From Bacillales bacterium (GTDB taxonomy: Bacteria > Bacillota > Bacilli > Bacillales > DASSOY01): a stretch of DNA of 64,000 nt. This document shows positions 43,423-52,244 of the stretch, one piece after another (the stretch's first letter is position 1; each line of letters starts with the position of its first letter). The stretch is from assembly GCA_035776675.1 (NCBI GenBank), contig DASTWO010000033.1, forward strand, positions 431 through 64,430, read 5' to 3'. The position numbers were made by a program, and so were the translations under genes. A model generated the notes under the pieces. It did not search any database. It was not told the DNA's origin and saw only the letters and a program-made list of their open reading frames with translations.

Positions 43423-44920
43423 TCTTCCATCCCCTTGATTTTTGGGCTCTCCTCATTTTTTGCGGGTGAGGATCATTCGGTCTCAAATCCATCAACCACA
43501 ACGGCAGCCGGATAAAGGTATCCTTTAGATCCTTCCATCTAAATGGAGCCAGTGGCGCAAAGAATGGCGTTCCGTATGACTCCAACTTACATAAATGAAT
43601 TAACAGAAACATAAGCGCAAAGACAATTCCGACAAACCCCAAAGTTGCAGCTGAGAACATCAACGGGAATGTCAAAATTCGGACGGCAGTACTCATTTCG
43701 TTAGAAGGTACGACAAAAGAGGAAATCGCCGTCAGTGCAATGATAATGATCATGATGTTCGAAATTAATCCTGCCATCACAACAGCGTCCCCGATCACAA
43801 GACCACCGACAATACCGATTGTTTGTCCGATCGAAGTCGGAAGTCTGATTCCGGCTTCTCTGATTAATTCAATCGTAATCACCATGAATAACGCTTCAAA
43901 TAGCGGAGGGTAGGGAATTTCATTAACAGAAGTTTTCAACGGCAACACAAGCTCGTCCGGAATGACCTCGAAGTGGTATCCGGCGACAGCGATATAGAAT
44001 GAAGGCAGACCAATCGCTATCAGAAAGCTCATTAATCTCATTAATCTTATATAAGTTGCCGGAATCCAACGGCTGTTGAAATCGTCAGGCGATTGATAGA
44101 AAGCAAAGAAAGTAACCGGCAGAATCAGAACAGTCGGGCTTCCTTCTGTAACGATGAGAACCCGGCCTTCCATAAGATTGGCCATGGCCCGGTCTGGCCT
44201 TTCGGTATTTAAAGTTTGAGGGAAGAAGGAAAACGAAGAATCCTCAATAAATTCTTCAACGAACCCCGGACTCATAATCATATCGGAAGTGATAGCTTTA
44301 AGGCGTTGCTCTACTTTGTGGACAACTTCCGGATCGGCTAAACCTTTCATATAAATCAAAGAGGTATTGGTTTTGGTTTTCTTTCCTAATTTATAATAAT
44401 TCACACAAAGGTCAGGGTTTTCAATGCGTTTGCGAATTAAATTGATGTTGATGATCATATTTTCCACGAATCCTTCGTGGGAACCTCTGACCACCTTTTC
44501 ATTATCCGGTTCATCTACTTGACGGTTATATGCGGAAGTAGTAGGGAACACATACAATTGCTTGTCCCCGTTTTCAATTAGAATACTGTGACCCTCAAGA
44601 ATGGCTTTAACGGCTTGATAGAGATCATCCGTTTTGATGGCTTTAGACTTGGTCTCCTTTATGTTTTCATGTGAACTTGCTCTTGGTGAGAGAATTCGCT
44701 CTTGAAGTTTTTCCTGGTCGACCAGGGTCTCAAGATAGACCAAAATCGTTTTCTCATTGATTCCGCGCAATCTTAAATCGCTTGGATGATTTAATACTTT
44801 TTTGATAAAGTCAATATTTTTCTTTAACGAAGCTGATGTTTTCTTTGTATCCATTTCTTCAGAGGTATTTGTTTGTTCTTTCCATTTGCGAAACGAAGAC
44901 AACCATTTCACCGATATCAC
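43409..44920 (-). CDS. Spore germination receptor subunit A (GerAA family)
   Basis: 503 aa. Motifs SDLRLRG, VDEPDNEKVVRGSHEGFVE, PFFAPLAPFRWKDLKDTFIR. GTG start. Overlaps the B-subunit gene. Confidence 0.9.
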   Translation of the reverse strand: MISVKWLSSFRKWKEQTNTSEEMDTKKTSASLKKNIDFIKKVLNHPSDLRLRGINEKTILVYLETLVDQEKLQERILSPRASSHENIKETKSKAIKTDDLYQAVKAILEGHSILIENGDKQLYVFPTTSAYNRQVDEPDNEKVVRGSHEGFVENMIININLIRKRIENPDLCVNYYKLGKKTKTNTSLIYMKGLADPEVVHKVEQRLKAITSDMIMSPGFVEEFIEDSSFSFFPQTLNTERPDRAMANLMEGRVLIVTEGSPTVLILPVTFFAFYQSPDDFNSRWIPATYIRLMRLMSFLIAIGLPSFYIAVAGYHFEVIPDELVLPLKTSVNEIPYPPLFEALFMVITIELIREAGIRLPTSIGQTIGIVGGLVIGDAVVMAGLISNIMIIIIALTAISSFVVPSNEMSTAVRILTFPLMFSAATLGFVGIVFALMFLLIHLCKLESYGTPFFAPLAPFRWKDLKDTFIRLPLWLMDLRPNDPHPQKMRRAQKSRGWKNDKR

Positions 44921-45079
44921 CCAATTTAGTATATTGAACGCTGTTGTCTTGCAAAAATAAGGTGTCTCACAACATCAGTTTTGTTGTAAAACACCTTCTT
45001 TATACACATAAGTAAATGAAGTTGTGGGTTCCATACAAAGGCCAGGTTGTTTCATATTACAGGAACAGGCTTCATTCAA

Positions 45080-45280
45080 TTATTCCTTCTCCCGTTTGGA
45101 GACCTCTCCGCGGAAATGATTTTTCTCTTCCGCCTCGCCTGATGTTCCTTCTAATTCACCGGAATACGGAAAGACGAAATCCCCTCTGCTCTCGTCCATG
45201 CTAACCATGGTTTCCGGATTCAACGGCGTGTCTGTCGGGATTTCCTTCCTGCGTTCGTGCCATTCTTCATTTTGTCCCAT
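45080..45280 (-). CDS. Small acidic hypothetical protein (66 aa)
   Basis: ATG preceded by GGAGGTG at good spacing. No family recognised. Confidence 0.4.
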   Translation of the reverse strand: MGQNEEWHERRKEIPTDTPLNPETMVSMDESRGDFVFPYSGELEGTSGEAEEKNHFRGEVSKREKE

Positions 45281-45480
45281 ACCAACACCTCCATTTCGTA
45301 TAGGATGAGCTAAATAGAAACTTTTTAAACATTGGGTACATATGCAGATTTCGAAGTGAATAACTTTTATAACGACACCATCTATATGGAAAAGAAGACT
45401 CCGCCAGGGTGGTTTCCTTGCTGAAAACAGACACTGACAAGGCCGGCTTTATTCAAATTTCGGGGTTTGGAGGAACAGGA

Positions 45481-46305
45481 ATGAACGAATATGGTGTACC
45501 CGAGGTGTTTGCATCCGAAGCGAAAGGTTCACTTAAGGCAGTATATGCTGATATTCAAAATGTGTTAAAAGTGCCCATTGTTCATTTTATATTCCGGACT
45601 TTGGCAGGGTATGAACAATTTCTTACAATTGGCTGGAAACAGATTCGTCCCAATATGTTAACGTTCGAAGCTAAGAGATCGGCTGAAATTCTTCGCTATC
45701 CTGATCTTACTGTTAACGTGCCAAGTATTGATTGGTCCCGTTACTATGAGAAACGAGTCTTGGATCGTCTGCGTTCAACCGTATTTATGTTCAATTATGT
45801 CAATCCGAAGTTATTGTTAATCGCAAGCGCCTGGGCTGAAAGTCTGGCAGTCCGCCCCAACAAAGGCCAGAAGAAAGTCAAAGGGACCCTGAACCCGGGT
45901 ATTCTTTCGGGTCTTCCTTCTGTGGATCTCGTTAATATTCTTGAGGCTCCGCCGCCGATTGGTGAATTGTTATTGGACATCACCAAGAAGCATCGACATT
46001 ATGAACCTTCCAGCGACTACCGGGCATTTGCTCATTATCCGCAATTTTTGCGATTAGCCTGGACTCATTTGCGTCGTTTTGTTGGATCGGCCGAATATAC
46101 ATTGATTCGGGAGCGGCTGCTCTGGCAATCGGTTCAGCAAACCAAATCATTACCCTATCCTGTAACCGTTGATCGTGCAATATTGGAAAAGTACTACTCT
46201 CCTGCGGAAATCGCCGGAATCATGGGGATTGTTTCTATGTTTCAGAATGTACTTCCGGACTTGATCATTGACGGTGAATTCTTCAGGAGGATCTTGATCA
46301 CTTAG
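45481..46305 (+). CDS. Conserved hypothetical protein (DehI-like family, recalled annotation)
   Basis: RBS GGAGGAAC. MNEYGVPEVFASEAKGSLKAVYADIQNVLKVPIVHFIFRTLAGYEQFL resembles proteins annotated as halocarboxylic acid dehydrogenase DehI family. The track ORF starts at 45409. Confidence 0.6.
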   Translation: MNEYGVPEVFASEAKGSLKAVYADIQNVLKVPIVHFIFRTLAGYEQFLTIGWKQIRPNMLTFEAKRSAEILRYPDLTVNVPSIDWSRYYEKRVLDRLRSTVFMFNYVNPKLLLIASAWAESLAVRPNKGQKKVKGTLNPGILSGLPSVDLVNILEAPPPIGELLLDITKKHRHYEPSSDYRAFAHYPQFLRLAWTHLRRFVGSAEYTLIRERLLWQSVQQTKSLPYPVTVDRAILEKYYSPAEIAGIMGIVSMFQNVLPDLIIDGEFFRRILIT

Positions 46306-46319
46306 AAACGGGTTCGATG

Positions 46320-46352
46320 CCGACTCCAATTGATTGGAGTCGGAATTTTTTT
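46320..46352 (+). terminator. Rho-independent terminator
   Basis: CCGACTCCAA-TTGA-TTGGAGTCGG followed by AATTTTTTT. Confidence 0.85.
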
Positions 46353-46421
46353 ATGAAGGATTTCCTGGCGCAAAGCCGAAATACTAATAAGGAAAGGTCG
46401 TTTACATAAAGGAGTACGATC

Positions 46422-46958
46422 ATGAAGCAAATTTATATGATTAGGCATTGCGAGGCGGAAGGACAGGCTCCCGATGCCTCTTTGACTGCTGAAGGTCAGC
46501 GGCAAGCGCAAGAACTGGCGAAGCAATTGAAGAATAAGCCAATTGACCGGATTGTATCGAGTCCATTTAGTAGAGCGGTGGATTCTATAGAACCTCTCGC
46601 CGAACAAAAGGAAATCCCGGTAGAGAAGGATCAAAGATTGAAAGAAAGGATCTTAAGCGGAGCCCCGCTTGAGGACTGGCAAGAATGCCTAAAGCAATCT
46701 TTTGAAGATCTTGACATATGTTATGAGGGAGGGGAATCGGGGCGCGAAGCTATGACGAGAGGGGTCAGCTTGCTCCGTGAGCTTCTTGACAGTTCCGATG
46801 ATAAAATTGCTGTTGTTACGCACGGAGGTTTAATGGCATTGATGCTGCATCATTTTGACTTCCGTTTCGGGTTTTCGGATTGGGCCAATTTAATGAACCC
46901 GGACATTTATCGTCTTACCTTTCATAATACGATATATCCGGAAATTCAGCGGATGTAA
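46422..46958 (+). CDS. Histidine phosphatase family protein (phosphoglycerate-mutase-like)
   Basis: IYMIRHCEAEGQ (RHG motif), SSPFSRAVDS, VVTHGGLM. Confidence 0.88.
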   Translation: MKQIYMIRHCEAEGQAPDASLTAEGQRQAQELAKQLKNKPIDRIVSSPFSRAVDSIEPLAEQKEIPVEKDQRLKERILSGAPLEDWQECLKQSFEDLDICYEGGESGREAMTRGVSLLRELLDSSDDKIAVVTHGGLMALMLHHFDFRFGFSDWANLMNPDIYRLTFHNTIYPEIQRM

Positions 46959-46984
46959 TGAGAAATAAATGGAGGAATGGAATC

Positions 46985-47551
46985 ATGGATCCTGTATTAT
47001 TGAATTTTCCAATGGAGATCACTACGGATCGGCTTTGGCTTCACGTGCCAAGACCGGGTGAAGGGGAAGAAGTCAACGAAGCTATCCGAGAGTCGGTGGA
47101 TGAACTAAAGCCATGGCTACACTTTGCGAGAGAGGTGCCAGCGGTGGAAGATACCGAGAAAAATATACGCGAAGCGTACAGCAAATATTTATTAAGGAAA
47201 AATTTGCGTTTCCACATTTATGATCGAGAAAATCGCGACTTTCTTGGCGTCATCGGCCTGAATCATATCAATTGGGATATTCCCAAGTTTGAAATTTACT
47301 ATTGGATGCGGACCAGTGCCGCTGGAAAGGGCTATATGAGCGAGGCTGCCGAGGCGGTAAATGAATTTGCTTTTCGGGAACTGAAAGCGAATCGTGTGGA
47401 AATTCGAGTGGCTACCAAGAATACAGGAAGCCGGAAAATTCCGGAGAAGCTTGGCTATGCCCTTGAAGGCGTTCTGAGAAATGAAGACAAACATTCCGAC
47501 GGGCATTTAATGGACATGTGCGTATATGCGAAGGTGCCGGAAGACCAATGA
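46985..47551 (+). CDS. GNAT family N-acetyltransferase (RimJ/RimL-like)
   Basis: RBS GGAGGAA. TDRLWLHVP...IGLNHINWDIPKFEIYYWMRTSAAGKGYMSEA...RVEIRVATKNTGSRKIPEKLGY. Confidence 0.85.
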   Translation: MDPVLLNFPMEITTDRLWLHVPRPGEGEEVNEAIRESVDELKPWLHFAREVPAVEDTEKNIREAYSKYLLRKNLRFHIYDRENRDFLGVIGLNHINWDIPKFEIYYWMRTSAAGKGYMSEAAEAVNEFAFRELKANRVEIRVATKNTGSRKIPEKLGYALEGVLRNEDKHSDGHLMDMCVYAKVPEDQ

Positions 47552-47561
47552 ATTGAAGGAA

Positions 47562-47798
47562 TTACGGGGAGGGGGAACCGAGCGGAACAACCGGAGCACC
47601 TGTAGCTGGCTCCGGTCCATTATAAGGAACGCCCGGCTGTTCCAATTCAGGTGCCGGTTCGGTATATCCTCCCGTATTGTATAAATTAGCCAGAGTGTTG
47701 ATGCACCCCGCGCTCCCAATTTGTAAGACGGAAGAATTCGTGATGCCTCCGACTTTCAGGAAGTGGATATTAATATCTTGTGTAATATAAAAGTTCAT
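47562..47798 (-). CDS. gerPB: Spore germination protein GerPB-like
   Basis: RBS GGAGGAAG. MNFYITQDINIHFLKVGGITNSSVLQIGSAGCINTLANLYNTGGYTEPAPE matches the recalled GerPB pattern. This is an internal start within track ORF 47562..47990. Confidence 0.65.
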   Translation of the reverse strand: MNFYITQDINIHFLKVGGITNSSVLQIGSAGCINTLANLYNTGGYTEPAPELEQPGVPYNGPEPATGAPVVPLGSPSP

Positions 47799-47814
47799 TT
47801 CCGCTCTTCCTCCG

Positions 47815-48030
47815 TTATCCGAACGAAATATTATTGGAATCTTTAAGATCCGGATCCGGCACGATCGTTTGGCTAAATCCGCTATAGATCCAATGGAAAT
47901 TTCCGGTGCTGAAGGACCCTGCTCCAGAATAAGATTTTGACGTTGAGGTCGGGTCGATTTCCAGTGTATCGCCAAATTCAATGACGCCACTGTTATTGTC
48001 TATTTTAATAGGCCCTACGATGGCAGGCAT
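47815..48030 (-). CDS. gerPF: Spore germination protein GerPA/GerPF family (GerPF by position)
   Basis: MPAIVGPIKIDNNSGVIEFGDTLEIDPTSTSKSYSGAGSFSTG. Confidence 0.8.
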   Translation of the reverse strand: MPAIVGPIKIDNNSGVIEFGDTLEIDPTSTSKSYSGAGSFSTGNFHWIYSGFSQTIVPDPDLKDSNNISFG

Positions 48031-48100
48031 AATAAACATCCTTTGCTGCTTGATTTAGATTATTAGTATATGTCACGTGAATTTTGAAGTTCGGGCAGTT

Positions 48101-48481
48101 TTACTCTTCTGAAGGCGGGAAGAAGAAATGTCGAAAATGTTGGACGCGAGATTCAGCGTCTGTGCTTTGGGCTGAACCCACATGTAGCATTCCTGAGGCG
48201 GCAATGCCCATGATTCGGATATTGCCGACCTTGATAACAGGCACTTCGTTGTACGTAGACATTTTCACGTTACATTCGAAAGGAACCTCAGGAATCTTTT
48301 GCGCATAAACATCAAAGGCAGTGTAATCCCCTTCGTCACTGCGATAAATGGGGTATTCCTTCTGTACAGCCAAAGCTTTGGAACGCGGAGTAAGCTTTAC
48401 ACTGTCCCCAACTTGAATAACTGAGCTCGAAACGCTGCTGTTGACTTCGACAGTATCAACGAGTGACAATCTTTTCGGCAT
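48101..48481 (-). CDS. gerPE: Spore germination protein GerPE-like
   Basis: RBS AAGGAGG. MPKRLSLVDTVEVNSSVSSSVIQVGDS..., about 126 aa, in the GerPE position. Confidence 0.7.
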   Translation of the reverse strand: MPKRLSLVDTVEVNSSVSSSVIQVGDSVKLTPRSKALAVQKEYPIYRSDEGDYTAFDVYAQKIPEVPFECNVKMSTYNEVPVIKVGNIRIMGIAASGMLHVGSAQSTDAESRVQHFRHFFFPPSEE

Positions 48482-48495
48482 GGAAGATGTCCTCC

Positions 48496-48687
48496 TTAGG
48501 ATGTGGAAGTCAGTGGAACTTGTGGAAAAGTGACCTGACCAATGATTAAGGATTCGGGCGGCGTGTCGAAAATGGAAGAACACTCAATTTGTTCAGCGTC
48601 TCCCACCAATACGATCGAAGAGGTCGTCACCCCAGTAACTTCCATTTCACCGACAGATAAACCTCGATTTACGACTGTGAAATTCAT
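48496..48687 (-). CDS. gerPD: Spore germination protein GerPD-like (GerPB/PD family)
   Basis: MNFTVVNRGLSVGEMEVTGVTTSSIVLVGDAE. 63 aa, located after gerPC. Confidence 0.65.
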   Translation of the reverse strand: MNFTVVNRGLSVGEMEVTGVTTSSIVLVGDAEQIECSSIFDTPPESLIIGQVTFPQVPLTSTS

Positions 48688-49283
48688 TTTGTATCTCCTC
48701 CATTTTTTAAGGTTTGCAGGAAGTTCTCCATTCCCTTGCGAATATCCAGCCTGATTCTGTCGATAATGCCAGCTTCAACTTCCGCCCGGTTAGTTTCCGA
48801 AACCTGGGGTTTCATTTCCTTGAGATAATGTTGGATTCGCGAATTGATCTGTTTGCGAATATCATCCAGAATAAACCGGCGGTAGGGATCATCCAAGGGG
48901 TGCTGTTGCGCCTCTTCTATCCGCAATAGGTCATTGCGGGCATTCCCTTCCAAATAAAGAGCAATCTCACGACGGATGTTTTCGGCCATGTCGGGGGATT
49001 GAGCGGTTCCCGCACCGGCCTGAATCGATTGGTTCCCGACGGAGAATTCATCAAGCACTTCTTTGCCCATTCCGGGACTTAAGCCGATATTGAGGGTGCC
49101 GTCGAGTTTTTCTATTTTCAATTGATCAAACTTGTATTCCATCTTTTCAACATTCATACGCGGTTCATTATGCAGAGCTTCAATGTCCTCCTGAAGCCTG
49201 GCAACTTTCTTCTCCAGTTCCGCGATTCGGCGGTTCTGCCATTGATTGAGATTATAAGGTTGCTGATAGTAGTGAGGATACAT
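48684..49283 (-). CDS. gerPC: Spore germination protein GerPC
   Basis: MYPHYYQQPYNLNQWQNRRIAELEKKVARLQEDIEAL. 199 aa, typical GerPC N-terminus and length. Confidence 0.8.
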   Translation of the reverse strand: MYPHYYQQPYNLNQWQNRRIAELEKKVARLQEDIEALHNEPRMNVEKMEYKFDQLKIEKLDGTLNIGLSPGMGKEVLDEFSVGNQSIQAGAGTAQSPDMAENIRREIALYLEGNARNDLLRIEEAQQHPLDDPYRRFILDDIRKQINSRIQHYLKEMKPQVSETNRAEVEAGIIDRIRLDIRKGMENFLQTLKNGGDTK

Positions 49284-49306
49284 GAAAGTCCCCCTTTGGC
49301 TTTGGA

Positions 49307-49540
49307 TTAATCATTATTGCCACCGTTGTCAATAACACTTGTATCGATTTGATCAACATCCAATGTATGAGTGATGCTGTACTGATTATTGACATCCATA
49401 TGGTGACCTGAATTGAAAGAGCCGGCACCTGCGAAAGTTTTCAATGCACTGTTTGGCGCAATTTTGTTGGCGTCCCCGATGTGAATAACGGCGCTGCTCG
49501 CCACGCTGTTGATATATAACGATCCTACGGTTCCCGGCAT
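49307..49540 (-). CDS. gerPA: Spore germination protein GerPA/GerPF family (GerPA by position)
   Basis: MPGTVGSLYINSVASSAVIHIGDANKIAPNSALKTFAGAGSFNSG. RBS AAAGGGTG. Confidence 0.8.
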   Translation of the reverse strand: MPGTVGSLYINSVASSAVIHIGDANKIAPNSALKTFAGAGSFNSGHHMDVNNQYSITHTLDVDQIDTSVIDNGGNND

Positions 49541-49673
49541 AATAAACACCCTTTATGCATTCTGGTTTATTTTATGGGGAAACGCCCTTGGGTGTTCATG
49601 AAAAAAATCTCCCTTTCCGCAATGGGGAAAAGGAGAACGTTCGGAGGGATTGAATTCGGGTGCTGGTTGGCTT

Positions 49674-49720
49674 GATCAGTGACCGAATCTTGCTCTTCGG
49701 TCCGCTTTCGGTCACTGATC
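49674..49720. other. Long perfect inverted repeat (14-bp arms, 19-nt loop)
   Basis: GATCAGTGACCGAA (49674-49687) and TTCGGTCACTGATC (49707-49720), located between the formamidase stop and the gerP promoter region. No adjacent T-tract. Confidence 0.8.
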
Positions 49721-49750
49721 TCAGCAATTCCAAAAAGGTTCTATCTTTTA

Positions 49751-50707
49751 TCATTTAAATATCGCGTTCGGCAAGAAGGCTGACACCAGCCAATTCGGTT
49801 GATCGACAATTTCATTAATGCGAAGATCAACCGCTACGCTGCAGAGCATATAGGCTTCTCCTGGTTTCAATCCATATGTTTCAGTAAGGTGCTCAATCAT
49901 ATAACGGATCGCGTTTTGTGAGGCTTTAAACAAATCCTCGCCATGACCGGTTGTAACGTAATATCCACGGCTGTCCGCTTCAGGAGTTGGCGGCCCTGGA
50001 ATGGAATAACGCGGTTCGGCGATGGACTTCCCTTTGTGAAGCTTGAATCTAACGCTAATTTCCATTGAAGCCTCAATCGCTGTTCCGCAAACTTCTCCAT
50101 CACCCTGGGCAGCATGTGTATCTCCTACTGAAAATAACGCGCCTTCCACCCAAACCGGAAGGTACAATTTCGATCCACGGGTGAGATGGCGAAGATCCAT
50201 GTTCCCGCCGTTTTTCCGTGGTGGAACTACACTGAATTGCCCTTTCTCGGGCAAGGCGACACCGATTGTGCCGGGAAATGGTTTCATGAACAGTTCAATT
50301 CCCGGGAGAAATTCCGTTTTGGTATTCCCGGTTAAATCATATGTTTTCAAGAGCGGATCGGGAAAGTCATCGGTTAACAGGCCAAAGCCTGGAATACAAC
50401 CAGTCCATCCCCATTCCAGCGAGCGAAAATCAAGAATTTCTACCTCCAGGGTATCGCCGGGCTTCGCCCCTTTTATGTAAACGGGACCTGACACGGGATT
50501 GATTGTATCGAAATCCAATTCTTTCAGCTCTTCAGCCGAGGAGTTCTTCGTCAATTGTCCCCCGGAGCATTCAATGATTTCGAAACTTGCGGATTGGCCG
50601 GGGTCGACCTCAAGGATTGGTTTTAAATCCCGATCCCAGCCGTAATGCATGTGGGATTTCATATCATGGATGGTATGATGTGTGTGTGAATGCTGATGGA
50701 TAGTCAT
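49751..50707 (-). CDS. Acetamidase/formamidase family protein (FmdA/AmdA)
   Basis: 318 aa. HYGWDRDLKPILEVDPG, GGNMDLRHLTRGSKLYLPV and GDTHAAQGDGEVCGTAIE are typical family motifs. Confidence 0.88.
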   Translation of the reverse strand: MTIHQHSHTHHTIHDMKSHMHYGWDRDLKPILEVDPGQSASFEIIECSGGQLTKNSSAEELKELDFDTINPVSGPVYIKGAKPGDTLEVEILDFRSLEWGWTGCIPGFGLLTDDFPDPLLKTYDLTGNTKTEFLPGIELFMKPFPGTIGVALPEKGQFSVVPPRKNGGNMDLRHLTRGSKLYLPVWVEGALFSVGDTHAAQGDGEVCGTAIEASMEISVRFKLHKGKSIAEPRYSIPGPPTPEADSRGYYVTTGHGEDLFKASQNAIRYMIEHLTETYGLKPGEAYMLCSVAVDLRINEIVDQPNWLVSAFLPNAIFK

Positions 50708-50725
50708 TTTACCTCTCCTTTTTTA

Positions 50726-52087
50726 TTAATCAAGATCCAGTGAAGTATCTTTCTTTTGAACAGCGAAAATAATCGCGATCAAAACCCCAACTGCGAGCCA
50801 GCTCAATCCGAGGATTTTGGCCTGAGGCGCCAAACTGACCCAAACATAACCGATAATGAGGAAGCCGACTAAAGGCAACACAAGATGATTCCAGAAATCA
50901 TGGCTCTTATTCTTCACCATGTAGTGGATGAATACACTGACATGCAAGAATAGAAAAGCGGTCAAAGCACCGAAATTGACGAAAGAGGTCAATATTGCAA
51001 TGTCCTTAAGGAAAATGAGGCCAAGGACAACAGACACGGCGGCAACTAACAATGTGCTTGCATAAGGCGTTTGATATTTCGGATGCACTTTGGAAAGGAA
51101 GGCGGGAAGCTTTCGATCCCGTGCCATGCTGTACAGCACCCGTGAGATGGCGGCTTGCGCAACCAAAGCGTCAGCAATGCCCCAGGCAATGGCGGTGGCC
51201 AAAGCAGTCAAAACACCCAGCCAATCCCCTCCGGCAATTGAAGCAACCTGATAAAAGGCGGTGCCCAGATTCTCGAAGTTTTCATAGTTCGGATAGATGA
51301 GGGCGGCTATCCAGGTTTGAGCCATAAACAGTGCTCCGACGATAAGCAATGAGTAAATGGTTGCCCGTCCGACAGCTTTAGTGCCGCCTTTAGACTCTTC
51401 AGATAAGGTGGAAATCGCATCAAATCCCAGAAAACTTAAGACCGCGATCGACACCGCGCCCATCACCACATTAAAGCTGAATGTATCGGAGTTGTACAAA
51501 GGCCTGAATGAAAACTCCGCCCCGTTCACACCTTGTGCGACTGCCCAAATGCCGATAATGAGAAACAACGCAAGGACGAGCAATTCAAAGATCAAAATGA
51601 TTTTATTGAATTTGGCTGTGATTTCTACTCCGAAGTAATTCACCACAGTGTTAATCGCAATGAATAATAGCAACCAGACCCAGCTGGGGATCCCGGGAAT
51701 GAAGCCTGTTAAAGCTGTCGCGCTCACGACATACAACAAGGAAGGGACAAGAATATAGTCCAATAAAATAGCCCAGCCAGCGATAAAACCAATAAATTGG
51801 TTGATGCCCTTTCCCGCATAAGCATAAACCGACCCCGCAATCGGAAAGGCTTCGGACATGCGTGCGTAACTTAAAGCGGTGAAAACCATGCCGACCATGC
51901 CGATTAAATAAGCAAGTGCCACCATCCCTTTCGAGCCGGTAACGACAGCTCCATAAATCCCGAATGGAGCGATCGGAACCATAAAAACGAGACCGTAAAT
52001 CAACAAGTCCCAAAACGACAAACTGCGTTTTAATTCTTGCTGATAACCGAATTGTTCCAGAGACGAGTCCTTTGGCATGTTATTCAA
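50726..52087 (-). CDS. APC-superfamily amino acid/polyamine permease (PuuP-like)
   Basis: 453 aa with 12 TM helices. FGYQQELKRSLSFWDLLIYGLVFMVPIAPFGIYG. Confidence 0.85.
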   Translation of the reverse strand: MNNMPKDSSLEQFGYQQELKRSLSFWDLLIYGLVFMVPIAPFGIYGAVVTGSKGMVALAYLIGMVGMVFTALSYARMSEAFPIAGSVYAYAGKGINQFIGFIAGWAILLDYILVPSLLYVVSATALTGFIPGIPSWVWLLLFIAINTVVNYFGVEITAKFNKIILIFELLVLALFLIIGIWAVAQGVNGAEFSFRPLYNSDTFSFNVVMGAVSIAVLSFLGFDAISTLSEESKGGTKAVGRATIYSLLIVGALFMAQTWIAALIYPNYENFENLGTAFYQVASIAGGDWLGVLTALATAIAWGIADALVAQAAISRVLYSMARDRKLPAFLSKVHPKYQTPYASTLLVAAVSVVLGLIFLKDIAILTSFVNFGALTAFLFLHVSVFIHYMVKNKSHDFWNHLVLPLVGFLIIGYVWVSLAPQAKILGLSWLAVGVLIAIIFAVQKKDTSLDLD

Positions 52088-52113
52088 CTCCTCAATATAT
52101 TTCGAATAATTTC

Positions 52114-52154
52114 AATATAAGTGTCGGCCTTACGCTTGTCAATAAGGACAAGCG
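52114..52154 (-). promoter_or_regulatory. Sigma-A promoter with overlapping palindromic operator for the permease-formamidase operon
   Basis: Minus strand TTGACA (52137-52142)-N17-TATATT (52114-52119). The palindrome CGCTTGTC-AATAAG-GACAAGCG (52133-52154) covers the -35. Confidence 0.6.
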
Positions 52155-52244
52155 CTCATGACATTTTACCTTGTCCAGCTGTTCGGTTATACTAAAAAGA
52201 GTTTTATGAAAAAAATATGTCGAAAGCTGAAGGAGGAGTCATTG

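Noticed and set aside
44921-45010. Forespore (sigma-G type) promoter upstream of the gerA-like operon.
   Set aside because: It is expected biologically, but the best candidates (GCAAG ... CAATATA) deviate from the GHATR-N18-CATXHTA consensus at key positions. It cannot be supported from sequence alone.
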